A stretch of 64,000 nt of DNA from an uncultured delta proteobacterium (GCA_963816395.1 CAWFKQ010000009.1:160001-224000); one strand, 5' to 3'. Positions 33,146-43,973 are shown, counted from the first letter of the stretch. Program-made: numbers and translations. The notes: generated by a model from the letters alone, not told the origin.

Positions 33146-34499
33146 TTAGCCCCTTTGGGGGTAGCCGGCAACGCTCCCACTGTGGGCGCTCTTCAGCGCC
33201 GCGTCCTCCGAGTGGGATTCTTTAGGAAAGGCGGGGACGATTTTGTTTAAAATCCAGAAGAGGACAAAGGGAGTAATCATGACCGTCAAGGCGCCAAAGA
33301 AGCCTTCCTTGAAGGTCTCCATGCTGTGGGGAATGAAAGGCAGGTGATAATCCATGAAGCCGGCAAAGCTGAGGGAAAAGGCCTGCCCGCCGATGACGAC
33401 GTTCCACCGCATCATGAAAACACCGAACAATACCAGAATGGTGGCAATGGTGGTGCGCTTTACCGTCCTGCCGGGCAGAATCATGAGGATGAAGGGAAGC
33501 AGGTTGCCGATGGCGTACTGAAGAATGAAGATTTTGAAAAAATCTCTCTCCATGATGACCTCACGCAATATATCCCAGGATTTGACCTGGGTGTAGCCGC
33601 GGAAGATCAGGTCGAGAATTTCCAGAGTCATGGCGGCGATCATGAAATAGAGAAGGTAGTTGGAAACCATCTTGACCTCCGCTTCCTCGGCGCCGCGCAG
33701 TTCTTCCACACTCGGGGCTTCGGCGTCCTTAGCCCAGCGGGCCATCTTCCGCTTGGCCAGAAATTTGCGCATCTCCTGGACGATGACATAACAGAGGATG
33801 CACAGGGCAATGCCGGAAACAATGGCCGAACAGATGAAGATGACCGGCATCAGGGGAGTCATCCACAGGGCATTGGCTTTGACGGAGCCGAAGATGAAAC
33901 CGGCATAACCGTGCAGAAAACAGGCGACCGGAATGCCGATTGCGGCCATGATCTTGCAGGCCTTGTGATCCTTTTCGATGGCTTCAGCGCTGATGTCCAT
34001 GGCGCCGAGGGTCAGGGCCTTGAAGAGCAGGAGGCGCAGGTTGTCAAGGCTGCCGCGATCGGGTTTGTGCTGCAGTTCCTGAACGGTGGTGACGAAATGC
34101 TTTCGATAGACGAACCACAGTTCTGAGGCGACGATGAAGAAATAGGTGAGAAAAACGATGCCGAAGGCGGATATGGCCGAGGTGAAATGGGGTGTCATCA
34201 GGACGTTAATGCCGCGGAAGGGTTGCTGCAGGTGCAACATCAGCGGCATCATCGCCACCGGCAGCAGGGCAAAGGAGAAAACCAAGAGCGAATCGGGCGA
34301 TTTCCTTCAGCTTCTCAACTCCGAAGACATGGTAAAGCGAGGAGAGAACGAAAGCTCCTGCCACCAGGCCAGTCATGAAGGGATACATGACGATCTGTAT
34401 CGACCAGTAGATGTATTCGTTCGGCAGGACGAACAGTTCCTTTGTCGTCCACAGCTCCCCGTGAACATGCATCGCGTGCTGGGCCAGATGCTCAACCAT
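33146..34499 (-). CDS. cbcU: NrfD/PsrC-family quinol-interacting membrane subunit (CbcU-like), frameshift near 34280
   Basis: WSIQIVMYPFMTGLVAGAF, LHLQQP, FLHGYAGFIFG, MMRWNVVIGGQ; many TM helices. Confidence 0.78.
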
Positions 34500-34501
34500 G
34501 A

Positions 34502-35275
34502 TTAGCGCACCTCCGTAGCGAGGCCGATATAAAAGGCCTGCGGTCTGGTTCCGAATTCATCCTTGAGGACCCCGACGCGTTCGTTGAGGATGATTTTGGT
34601 CACCGGGTCATTGATGTCGCGGATGTTGCACATTCTCCGTGCCCCGAAAGGGCAGGCATTGACACATGCGGTTTCCAGGCCCTTGGTAATCCGGTGATAA
34701 CAGAAGGTGCACTTGTCGGCCACCTTGTATACCGGGTGGAAATAGCGTGCCCCGAACGGACAGGCCATAATGCAGTAGCCGCAGCCGATGCACCAGGAGC
34801 GGTCGACGAGGACGACTCCATCGTCCGTCTTGTAAGTGGCGCCGACTGGGCAGACCTGCGTGCATGGGGGAGTTTCACAGTGGTTGCAGAGTTTGGGAAC
34901 GAAAAAGGCCTTGCCGACGTTTTTCGGATCGATCTCCTTGAATTCCCCCATGCCCAAGTCGATGCGGGATTCGGTGAATCCGTTAAGAGCACCATCGGGG
35001 CTGTCGATGTATCGGCGGTCGTCCTTGGTATAGACATAACGTTCCACCCAGGTGCGGGTGACCTTGGCATCGAAAGGGATGTCGTTTTCCGTCTTGCAGG
35101 CTTTGACGCAGAAACCGCAGCCGACGCATTTGTAGGTATCGATAAGAAATGCCCAGTGAATGCCCGGGTTATCCGCCAGCACCTTCTTTGGGTCCACCAA
35201 TTCGAGGGCCGAAAGAGGGACCGAGGCGCCGGCGATTACCATGATTGTGCTTTTGAGAAATTCACGCCTCTTCAT
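34502..35275 (-). CDS. cbcT: Tat-exported 4x[4Fe-4S] NrfC/PsrB-type subunit (CbcT-like)
   Basis: MKRREFLK twin-arginine signal; CVGCGFCVKAC, CNHCETPPCTQVCP, CIGCGYCIMACP, KCTFC...CVNACP. Confidence 0.85.
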   Translation of the reverse strand: MKRREFLKSTIMVIAGASVPLSALELVDPKKVLADNPGIHWAFLIDTYKCVGCGFCVKACKTENDIPFDAKVTRTWVERYVYTKDDRRYIDSPDGALNGFTESRIDLGMGEFKEIDPKNVGKAFFVPKLCNHCETPPCTQVCPVGATYKTDDGVVLVDRSWCIGCGYCIMACPFGARYFHPVYKVADKCTFCYHRITKGLETACVNACPFGARRMCNIRDINDPVTKIILNERVGVLKDEFGTRPQAFYIGLATEVR

Positions 35276-35277
35276 TG

Positions 35278-35766
35278 CTACATGTCCTCCAGTCTCGGAT
35301 TGTGCGGGTTGTGGCATTCCACGCATTCAATTCCCGGATTGTGCTCATCGGGTATGATCCCGGGAATGCGTTTTCGCTCGCTGGTGGTGTAGGGGAGACT
35401 GGTGTGGCAGCGCAGGCAGAGAGAGCGACTGCGGTCAATGGGCAGTTTTTCCGGGTCTTCCGGGTGATTGAGAGCCGGACCGTGGCAATTTTCGCAGGGG
35501 ATGACGCCGTGCAGGTCTTCCCGACGCACCTTCACCTCATCGCCGTGGCATTCTCCGCAGTACTCGTGCATTTTCTGCTTGCCGGTGTCCCGGTATTTAA
35601 CCGGCATGTTTTTCCAGTCTTCCTCACTGGCTTTGCGATGGAAGCTGTACATGAACCCATACTTCCCGCTGCCGAAATCGTTGGGAACATAGAAAAACCG
35701 GAACACCAGAATCGCACCTACGATCCCAATGACCACGAATAATGGTCGCCATACATGGTTTTTCAC
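35278..35766 (-). CDS. cbcS: Membrane-anchored tetrahaem cytochrome c (CbcS-like)
   Basis: N-terminal TM; CGECH, CENCH, CLRCH, CVECH; probable GTG start at 35766. Confidence 0.8.
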   Translation of the reverse strand: MKNHVWRPLFVVIGIVGAILVFRFFYVPNDFGSGKYGFMYSFHRKASEEDWKNMPVKYRDTGKQKMHEYCGECHGDEVKVRREDLHGVIPCENCHGPALNHPEDPEKLPIDRSRSLCLRCHTSLPYTTSERKRIPGIIPDEHNPGIECVECHNPHNPRLEDM

Positions 35767-35878
35767 TCCACGGTCCCTTCCTGATGGGGGTTTTTCATGA
35801 ACCAAACGCTGGTTCGATGAAAATGGCCTTAGTTAAAGGACACTTAAAGACGGCGGTGTGTCCCCGGATGCAGGCGAT

Positions 35879-35907
35879 AAAATAGTATTTTATCCTTTTT
35901 ATGTCAA
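35879..35907 (-). promoter_or_regulatory. Sigma70-like promoter for the cbcSTU-like operon
   Basis: TTGACA-N17-TATTTT on the minus strand. Confidence 0.55.
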
Positions 35908-35976
35908 TAGTTGAAAGGCCGTTTTTCGGTTAGAAAAATCGAAAAATATAACAGGGTGGTAATTTTTCCGCTAAAA

Positions 35977-36009
35977 GAAAAGGACCTCCCCGTGGGCAAG
36001 GTCCTTTTC
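35977..36009. terminator. Hairpin/terminator after the second NrfD-type gene
   Basis: GAAAAGGACCT...AGGTCCTTTTC. Confidence 0.7.
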
Positions 36010-36035
36010 ATCTGTAAAATAAGCCCTCTTTTTTC

Positions 36036-37314
36036 CTAGGTGTTTTCGTCGGATTTCTGGTGGACGAAAAATAGCTGATCGCCGATATAGGAACCGACCC
36101 CGTCATCTGCGACATGGAAGTCGCCATTGAGAATGGGGAGGGCAACCCGCAGCAGCATGGTGAAGACGAACATCCCGGTGGCCCAGATTCCCATGGTGAC
36201 CAGCAGTTCTATATTGGTTGGTGAATATTCATAGATTTCGTTCAGGACATCCGGGATGAAACCGGGGATCACCAGCCCCATGCCCTTTTCGATGTAGACC
36301 CCGGTGAAGATCAGGAGACAGCCAATGACCAGCATGACGTGATTCCTGCGGGTATCCGGAATGAGAAAAATCAGAAAAGCCGACATATTAAAGAGCATGG
36401 CCGTCCAGATCCAGGGAACCAGAGCGGAGTGACCGTGCAGGCCCTGAAAGAGATATTCCATCGGTGCCAGGTGAATGGTGTTCGTATAGTATTCCTTGAA
36501 AACCTCAGCCCCAAGAAGGAAACAGGTTGATGAACATGGCATAAGCGATCAACTCGGCAATCTTATGGATCGCTTCATCCTTGATCCGAAACCTGGTGTA
36601 CTTGCGGACGAGGAGAAATACCAGAATCATAAAGGCCGGCCCGGAGCAGAAGGCGGATGCCAGGAAGCGCGGTGCCAGGATCGATGAGTTCCAGAAGGGT
36701 CGGGCACCGAGGCCGTTATAGAGAAAAGCGGTGACAGTATGGATGGAAATGGCCGCCGGAATGGAAAACAGCAGCAGCGGGGTGGTAAAGTTCTTGTTCG
36801 GCTGACGCTTGTAATACAGATTGTAGAGGATGTAAACCGCAATGACCAGGTTCAAGGCCAGATAGGTATTCAGCACCACGACATCCCAGGCAAGAAGGGA
36901 TTGCGGCCAGTTGAGAATTCCCAGTTTGGGGATGAGATGCCAGAACCGGTCGGGCCGGCCGATATCCACGGTTACGAACAGCAGGCACATGCAGATGGCC
37001 GAAACGGCGAGCAATTCCCCCAGGACGGCGATCTCCTTGATCGGCTTCCAGTTATAGACGTATGCCGGTATTACCAGCAACACAGCAGCGGCGGCCACCC
37101 CCACCAGGAAGGTAAAGTTGGAGATGTAGAATCCCCAGGAGACCTGATCGCGCATCGCTGTTACGCCTAGACCGTTGTCCAGTTGATAGATGTAAGCGAA
37201 GGCGCCCATCGCCATGAGGATAGAGAGGGCGATGACCCACGCGTAGTAGGCTTTGCTCCCTTTCCCGACCAGCACCAGGGTTCCTTTGAAAAAAGACCAG
37301 ATATTCTTCATCAT
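36036..37314 (-). CDS. Second NrfD-family membrane subunit (DsrP/QrcD-like), frameshift near 36520
   Basis: VSWGFYISNFTFLVGVAA, DIGRPDRFWH, IHTVTAFL, APRFLASAF, IEKGMGLVIPGF. Confidence 0.85.
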
Positions 37315-37328
37315 CAGCTCCGCACGGT

Positions 37329-38257
37329 TTAGGTCGCATAGAAGTAGAAGAACTTGGGCTGCGTGTTCAGGTCTTCCTTGAGAATGAAGACCCGCTTGTT
37401 CTCGATCAGGTAGCGCATTTCACTTTTGGGGTCGAGAAGATTACCAAACTTCCGGGCTCCCACCGGGCAAATTTCTTCGCAGGCCGGATAACGCCCCGGT
37501 TGTTCCCGGGTGCGCTGAATGCAAAAGGTGCATTTTTCCACAACCCCGACCGGTCGAGGGCGATTGCCCAGATAATGGGTGTCGGGGTTCATCTCCTCGG
37601 CCGGGAGATGCCCCTTTGCGCCAGTTGAAATGACGAGCGCCGTAGGGGCAGGCGGCCATGCAGTAGCGGCATCCGATGCACCAGTTGTAGTCGACGACGA
37701 CAATGCCGTCGTTTTCCCTCCAGGTGGCCTGAACCGGGCAGACTTTGGTGCAGGGCGGTTTCTCGCACTGCTGGCAGGCGACCGGCATGTAGAAGTGACC
37801 CTCCTCCGGAACTTGTTCCGGATTGTAGTAGTGTTCCGCATATTCCAGATCGACCCCTTTTTCCTTTTCCAGGCGGACCACCCGTATCCAATGGATCTGT
37901 GGGTCGCGGGACTGGTTGTTCTCGGCGACGCAGGCATAGACGCAACGTCGGCAGCCGATGCAGCGGGAAAGATCGAGGCCATAGCCGAAGAGCACCCCCT
38001 CGATGGCAGGAGTTGCCTTGACTTTGACTTCCTTGCCGATATTCCTGGCTGTAATCCTTTTCCAGGCGGGCCAGGACCTGTTTCAGTTCATCTTTGCTGA
38101 GTTCGCGAAAATGCTTTTGAAAAAAGGTCTCCCAGACGGTAGCCGAGGCCTTGCGAGAGGGAATGGCCAGGACACCTGCGCCTGCTACCAACCCCTTTAA
38201 TGCTTTCCGGCGGGTGAGTCGAAACACGTGCTTATCGTGCTTGCTTGGATCGGACAT
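37329..38257 (-). CDS. Second Tat-exported 4Fe-4S ferredoxin-type subunit, frameshifts near 38030 and 37620
   Basis: TRRKALKG Tat motif; CIGCRRCVYAC, CQQCEKPPCTKVCP, CIGCRYCMAACP, EKCTFC...CEEICP. Confidence 0.85.
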
Positions 38258-38286
38258 CTAGCATCTCCCTTCAGTTGAGGGTGCCG

Positions 38287-38895
38287 TTATGGGGTGGCTT
38301 CATCTGGCCTGTGGGGGGGCGGCAAAGGTTTCAACGGTTTGAATTTCGGATCGTGCGGATTGTGGCAGTGGGCACAGAGCAGATATTGCTTGTCGCCGTT
38401 CCAGTTCCCCGTTCGCTTACCGTGCACCCCAACCTTCCAATCGCGATATTTGTCCCCATGACACTGGCCGCAGAGGCGGTAGGACTCGGAAAACGGTATG
38501 ACCTCTCCGGAAACCAGCCGCAGGGTGTCCCTGTCGTAGGGATTGTGGCAGTCAAGGCACCAGCGCTGTCCTTCGGCATGGTGCAGGACAATATTGGTAT
38601 GCTCCTCCGTCAGCTTCCGGCGTTTGAGATTGGGCTCCATATCCGCGTGGCAATCGGAGCAGGGGAAGATCCCTTCCGAAAAAGGAGGGGGGGGAACTGG
38701 AAAGGTTTTTTCCGGGCCCGGATCCTTTATGTCATACGTCCTTAGCAGGTCGGCGGCGGGTTTTTCGATGACGATCAACCGGCCGGATCGGTCGAAATAT
38801 TTCTCCTTGGCTGCCTGGGCTGTCGACAGCAGCAGGCCGGACAGAATTCCGAGTGTCACCAACATCGACAGAACGTTTCGATTCTTCATGTTCAT
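38287..38895 (-). CDS. Periplasmic tetrahaem cytochrome c
   Basis: Signal peptide ending AQA; CSDCH, CLDCH, CGQCH, CAHCH; start set at ATG 38895. Confidence 0.85.
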   Translation of the reverse strand: MNMKNRNVLSMLVTLGILSGLLLSTAQAAKEKYFDRSGRLIVIEKPAADLLRTYDIKDPGPEKTFPVPPPPFSEGIFPCSDCHADMEPNLKRRKLTEEHTNIVLHHAEGQRWCLDCHNPYDRDTLRLVSGEVIPFSESYRLCGQCHGDKYRDWKVGVHGKRTGNWNGDKQYLLCAHCHNPHDPKFKPLKPLPPPHRPDEATP

Positions 38896-39248
38896 CCTCG
38901 CGTTTGGGATGGAATGCGTGGAACCGGACTGGCGATTGCGGCTGAGGCGGTTGCCTGCCGCCAGGGCCCGGATGCTCAAGGCTTGAGAGTGGTTTTTGCG
39001 ATCCTTTTCATCCTTTCGGATAGAGGTTTGCGCCGTCGGATTTTTGTGATAAGGTCTGCTTCAGATCACATATATAAAATATCGTTTGTTTTTATCAATA
39101 CCCAGTAATTGTATAAAGTTTTAACCATGCCGTACTTAGCAGTATAAATTATCAAATAATGTTATAGTGACGTCGTCGACGGCGAATCCACGCGCAATCA
39201 AACAGACCGGGGATGAGCCTCGGCGACGCTGGGAGGAGAGAGCGGAGA

Positions 39249-41096
39249 ATGGCTATGCTTGGACCTAAGCACTCTTTAGAGGATAGGGTGGCGCACCTGG
39301 AGCAGGAGGTGCGGGGACTCAGAGAGGTAATCGTCGAATTGCAGGGCCATCGGCCCGGGGAAGTTCGGCCGATCACCAGCCAGGCAAAAGACGAGCCGGA
39401 AGACGCCTCCGAGGAGCTGCTGACCTGGATCGGGAAATCGTCCTTGTTGCCGCGAATTTCGGCAACCTGCTTTCTGCTGGTGGTGGCCCTGATCCTGCGG
39501 ACGATCACCGACAATGATATTCTCGATAAGCAGATCGGCTCCCTGGTAGGGATGACCTATGCGGCGCTTCTTGTCGCAATCGGCTGGTTTAAATATACCC
39601 GCTCAGGATCATTAGCTCCGATATTCGCCGCTGTGCGGCGCCCTTCTCATGTACTCGATCGTGACGGAGACACATGCCCATTTCGAGTCACTGCCTTCCG
39701 TGCCCGCCTATTTCATCCTGGTCGTTACCGGCGTGGCAATGGCGACCATCAGCTACCTGCTACCACAACGCCCTGCCGGTTCTCGTCGGAACTTTGGGCA
39801 TGGGTCTGGCGAGCATTGCCATCGATTACCCTAATCCGTATTTTCCCCATCTGGCACTGGTGTTGCTGGTGGCAAATCTGCTTGGCGCCTATGCAACGCG
39901 CCTGCAGCGTTGTTCCTGGCTGCGCTGGGTTCTGTTGATCCTCACCGCTGTGATGTTGCAGGTCTGGGGCCTGAAAATCGGCCTGAAGCTCGGCCGGGGT
40001 GGTAACCCCGCCGATCTCTCCTCTCTTGGCCTCTCCTGGTACCTGCCCGTAGTGGCCCTGTTCTTTATCGCTTTCCTCGGCGTAGGTGTTTTGGCAATCG
40101 CCCGGCGGGGCGAAAAGGTGGCCAGCTTTGACCTGGCCCTCCCGACGGTGAATGTGGTCTGGGCTTTTGTTTCCGCAATTTACTACCTGCGGGCGCGTGG
40201 AAACCCCACTCTGGGGCTTGCGGTCGTGGCGCTGGCGGCAGTAGCCGTCCATTTCGGTATCGCCTGGTGGGCACACGGGAGAAGAAAGGAGCGGCCGGTC
40301 GGCACCAATGCTTACGTCCTTGCCGGGACCGTCCTCCTGGCTCTGGACATGCCGGTTCTGGCCGGTGGCCTTATGCCCGCACTGCCCATTCTCTCCCTGG
40401 TGGCTCTCGGACTGGCTCTTCTATCCGAGGGTTGGCAGCGAGGCGGAATTCGGGCCATTTCCTACCTCCTGCAGATCGGTGCCGGTGCCGCAATGGTGGT
40501 GATGCTGGTAGACGGGGGGCCGGGGGGAGATTTCATGCCGCTGAGTTTCGCCTTGGGTGGCCTGGTTTTGTTCGGTCTGCTGCATTTTCGCTGGTGTCGT
40601 CAGCAGAATACTCCGGTCGATTCTCGTCTCTTTCTCGAAATGGGATGCGGAGGACCGCACGGCAGTATTGGTCCTGTTCTCTGCCTTGATAGCCGCTTTC
40701 TTATGGTTGCGTGAGGGGCTGTATCAGGTGCTTCTGAGGACTGGGCAAAATATTGGGCCCCTGCTGCAGGGCGGGGAGACGGTGATCATCAATTTTGCCG
40801 CCGCCGGGCTGCTCCTCTTCGCCTTCGGGCGGCGAAACAAGGAGTTGCGCAACGTTGCCGTTCTAATCACGCTGATTGGCGCGGGCCGGGTCTTTATTCT
40901 CGATCTCTTCCGGATCAGTGGAGTGCCCCTGGTTGCCAGTGTCTTCTCCTTCGGAATGACAATTCTCCTGATTTCCGTAGCCTTGTCCCGCTGGCAGAAA
41001 CTGGATGCCCGGGAGGCGGGATTAAGCGGTGCGGGGGAGCGGCCTGTGGTGAATGAGGATACCGCCGGGACTTTGCCGCGGAAGTCGTATTTCTGA
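39249..41096 (+). CDS. Large polytopic membrane protein (DUF2339-like), several frameshifts
   Basis: N-terminal coiled coil LEDRVAHLEQEV, then many TM helices across ORFs 39213, 39649, 39674 and 40557; C-terminal RVFILDL...LVASVFSFG. Confidence 0.65.
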
Positions 41097-41100
41097 CCGG

Positions 41101-41315
41101 CTATCGGTTGCGGAAAATGCGCATGAGCAGGACGCCGAGGATCGACAGGGACAGGCCGACGCAGAGGAACAGATAGCCGAGGCTGCGCCCCTCCCCCCAT
41201 CCCCAGAGATCACGGCCCCGCATAAAGGCGATCAGGGCGATTCCGGCGAAAGTACCAATGCCTCCGAAGATGTAAGTCGCAAGGCCAGGACGGCAAGCCA
41301 GGTATCATTGCGCAC
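41101..41315 (-). CDS. Small two-TM membrane protein (~71 aa), missing from the ORF track because of a 1-nt frameshift
   Basis: GAAAGGA RBS + GTG at 41315; MRNDTWLAVLA...TYIFGGIGTFAGIALIAFMRGRDLWGWGEGRSLGYLFLCVGLSLSILGVLLMRIFRNR*; span is 215 nt, one short of a multiple of 3. Confidence 0.6.
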
Positions 41316-41332
41316 GATGTTCCTTTCGAGTT

Positions 41333-41367
41333 AAAAAAAGGGGTTGCCGTCACGGCAACCCCTTTTT
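41333..41367. terminator. Intrinsic terminator after the cbcL-like gene
   Basis: AAAAAAAGGGGTTGCCG-TCA-CGGCAACCCCTTTTT. Confidence 0.85.
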
Positions 41368-41386
41368 CTTTGCAGGCGAGGACGGA

Positions 41387-43252
41387 TCAGAAATGGTGGC
41401 CGCCGGCGAGATAGGCATAAAGCATCAGGAGAAGCAGGGAAACGCCGGTGAACAGAGCAAACCAGCCAAAGCCCTTGATGAAGAAATCGTAGAAAACCCG
41501 GCTCGGCCGTTGCTTGCGGAACTGCTCAGTTCGCCCTGCGGCTTCATAACGACGCCACTGGTCCCCACGCTCTTCGATAAATTCCTCCTTGGTCATCTCG
41601 CCATTGAAGATGACGAAATCCATGGGGAACTTCTCCGGCCGCCCATGCGTATTGAAGAAATGGACGGTGAAGATGAAGCCGGTGGCCAGCAGGGCTTCGT
41701 CCGAGTGGATGATGGTGGCCACATTGAACATCCAGCCGGGGAGGAAGGAGCCGAAGAATTCAGGGAACCAGAGCATAAGCCCGGAGCCGCCGATGGCAAA
41801 CATGCCCCAGAAGACCGCGAGAAAGTCGAATTTCTCCCAGTAGGTCCAGCGGTCGAAGGTAGGCTTCGGCCCGCGGAAGAGGAACCAGCGGATCATGCCG
41901 GTAATATCCCGGATGTCGCGCAGGTTGGGACAGAGTGAATCCGGACCGAACAGCCGCTGCAGCCAGTTTCCCTGGATGTCCTTGCGGAAGAACAGGAAAT
42001 GGATGCTCATCCCGATGGCGGCGGCGAAATAGAAGAAGGTGATGCCGGCGCAGACCCGATGAATGATGCCTGCATTGGTCGCGCCGCCGTACCAGCTCAT
42101 CATCACGTGCGCCCACTGCTGATCGGAGAACTTGAGCGGCAGGCCGGTCAGGGAAAGGCCAAGGAAGCTGATGATGACCAGCAGGTGGAGGAAGATGTGA
42201 CGCGGGTAAAAGCGCCGGTAGATCTGGTGTGCATCGGAAACCACATGGTGGCCGGTGCCGGCGATCAACAGGGCCTTCTTCTCCCGATTCTCGACGAAGC
42301 CGCGGAACATCCACATCAGGGTATGAATCCAGAAGATGGCGAAAGTTCCGGCGAGCAGGCCGGTCATGCTGACGAAGGTCCAGTAGAGAATCGGATAGTC
42401 CTTGGCATCGGTGGGTTCGCCATGGGGATAGAATTCGGTGAACAGGGAAGTGGCATGCGTATGGCACTGCCGGCAGGTAGTCACCAGGTTTTTCGGGTTG
42501 ACCGTGGATTTGGCTTCCCCTGGTGGGAGAACCTGGTGCGCGGTATGACAGTCGGCACAGCCGGCGACCAGCTGGGGATAACCCAGCCGATAATTTTTCC
42601 CGTGGTAACTTTCCATGTAGGTCTTGACCGCCACAGTAGTCACCCCGTTGCGCTTCATCATCTCCGGGTTGCCGTGGCATTTCATGCAGACTTTGGTATG
42701 GAATTCCCGGTTGGCAAACGATTTGGCGTCGCCAAGGGCTTTGATTTCATGCAAGTTATGACAGTCGTTGCAGGCGGCCGAATCCTGGTTGCCGGCGAGA
42801 ACGGCCTGACCATGAATCGAGTCGCGATAGACGGCTTTTTCATCATGGCACTGGGTGCATTTCTCGATGACCCGGCGTTTGTCGCCCTTCCAGTAGCGGT
42901 GTTTGTGCAGGTCCGTATGGCAGTCCGCGCAGCCGATATCATTCAGCATGTGCACGCTGGCGTAGTGCTCGGCGGTCTCCTTCTTGTGGCAGCGGGCGCA
43001 TTTGACCGGCCCCGGTATCACCTCGCCGCTCATGTGCTTGTCAAGCTGGGTGGCTTCCACATGGCAGCTGGTGCAGGCATTCTGCCCATGTACAGAGGCG
43101 GCGAAATCCTCGGCCGTGACAACATCCCCATGACACTCCAGGCAGGTTTTGGGATCGATGGCCAGACCGTTTTCGGCCAGGGCCGGCGGGGCCAGGAGGA
43201 AGAGCAGGATGAAGACAGAAAGGGAGCGGATCAGGTGTGGCAGCGTGGTCAT
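41387..43252 (-). CDS. cbcL: Nonahaem c-type / di-haem b-type fusion cytochrome, CbcL-like
   Basis: Signal peptide; nine CxxCH (CLECH, CTSCH, CARCH, CADCH, CTQCH, CNDCH, CMKCH, CADCH, CRQCH); cytochrome b-type membrane domain (LTGLPLKF, IHRVCA, YWEKFDFLAVFWG, HSDEALLA..HFFNTH); AGGAGG RBS before ATG 43252. Confidence 0.9.
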   Translation of the reverse strand: MTTLPHLIRSLSVFILLFLLAPPALAENGLAIDPKTCLECHGDVVTAEDFAASVHGQNACTSCHVEATQLDKHMSGEVIPGPVKCARCHKKETAEHYASVHMLNDIGCADCHTDLHKHRYWKGDKRRVIEKCTQCHDEKAVYRDSIHGQAVLAGNQDSAACNDCHNLHEIKALGDAKSFANREFHTKVCMKCHGNPEMMKRNGVTTVAVKTYMESYHGKNYRLGYPQLVAGCADCHTAHQVLPPGEAKSTVNPKNLVTTCRQCHTHATSLFTEFYPHGEPTDAKDYPILYWTFVSMTGLLAGTFAIFWIHTLMWMFRGFVENREKKALLIAGTGHHVVSDAHQIYRRFYPRHIFLHLLVIISFLGLSLTGLPLKFSDQQWAHVMMSWYGGATNAGIIHRVCAGITFFYFAAAIGMSIHFLFFRKDIQGNWLQRLFGPDSLCPNLRDIRDITGMIRWFLFRGPKPTFDRWTYWEKFDFLAVFWGMFAIGGSGLMLWFPEFFGSFLPGWMFNVATIIHSDEALLATGFIFTVHFFNTHGRPEKFPMDFVIFNGEMTKEEFIEERGDQWRRYEAAGRTEQFRKQRPSRVFYDFFIKGFGWFALFTGVSLLLLMLYAYLAGGHHF

Positions 43253-43398
43253 GGTACTCCTCCTAGCAAACTTGCTCCACGTGGTCTTTTGGAAAATACG
43301 TGGCAGGTGAAGGTTTCCCGGGGAAAGGTGACCTGAGCTAAATCGATGTTTAATTATATTACGCAAATCATCGCTAATCCGCGATGTTGAATGGAGAA

Positions 43399-43427
43399 TT
43401 TTTAACACAGCGCCATTGCCATGTCAA
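43399..43427 (-). promoter_or_regulatory. Sigma70-like promoter for the cbcL-like gene
   Basis: TTGACA-N17-TAAAAA on the minus strand, in an AT-rich intergenic region. Confidence 0.55.
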
Positions 43428-43650
43428 TGTGAAAAGACGCTTAGGTAAAAAAAGAGAAGAAAGGGAGATCGCTTGAATTTTAGTGTGTTATAGCATCAGG
43501 TGCAATCTTCGTTAGTTTATAAAACAGAGAGTCAAAGCAGAATATATGGATAGAAAAAACCATTCTGAATAGAAAATGAAATCTGGCGCTTTCTAAGATA
43601 ATATAGAGGAGGGGGTGGGTAGCTAATGGGAAATGTCCAATCTATAACAT

Positions 43651-43690
43651 AAAAAAACGGGAGATCGCATTGATCTCCCGTTTTTTTTTT
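43651..43690 (-). terminator. Intrinsic terminator after atpE
   Basis: AAAAAAACGGGAGATC-GCATT-GATCTCCCGTTTTTTTTTT. Confidence 0.88.
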
Positions 43691-43706
43691 GGATTTTTTC
43701 AGAAAC

Positions 43707-43973
43707 TTATTTGCCGACCAGTTCAAGTACCTGAGTGGTGAAGGGGTTGGCGAAAAGGATAATCATGCACACGACGAAAACGTAGATAGCCAGAGACTCG
43801 ATCATGGCAAGACCGATCATCATCGTGGTCAGGATTTTGCCGCTGGCGCCAGGATTGCGGGCAACGCCCTCAACAGCGCTTTTGATCGCCAGACCCTGGC
43901 CGATACCGGTCCCAAGAGACCCGATGCCCATGCCGATGCCGGCAGCCATCATACACCATGCGAAAAATTCCAT
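43707..43973 (-). CDS. atpE: ATP synthase Fo subunit c
   Basis: GxGxGxG helix, ARNP loop, MIESLAIY. Confidence 0.97.
   Translation of the reverse strand: MEFFAWCMMAAGIGMGIGSLGTGIGQGLAIKSAVEGVARNPGASGKILTTMMIGLAMIESLAIYVFVVCMIILFANPFTTQVLELVGK

Noticed and set aside
43707..43973. Na+-coupled ATP synthase, or an incomplete atp operon as a novelty
   Set aside because: Subunit c has Q and ES but Leu in place of the Thr of the full Na+ motif, so ion specificity cannot be called. Separation of atpB/E from the F1 genes is normal in this lineage.
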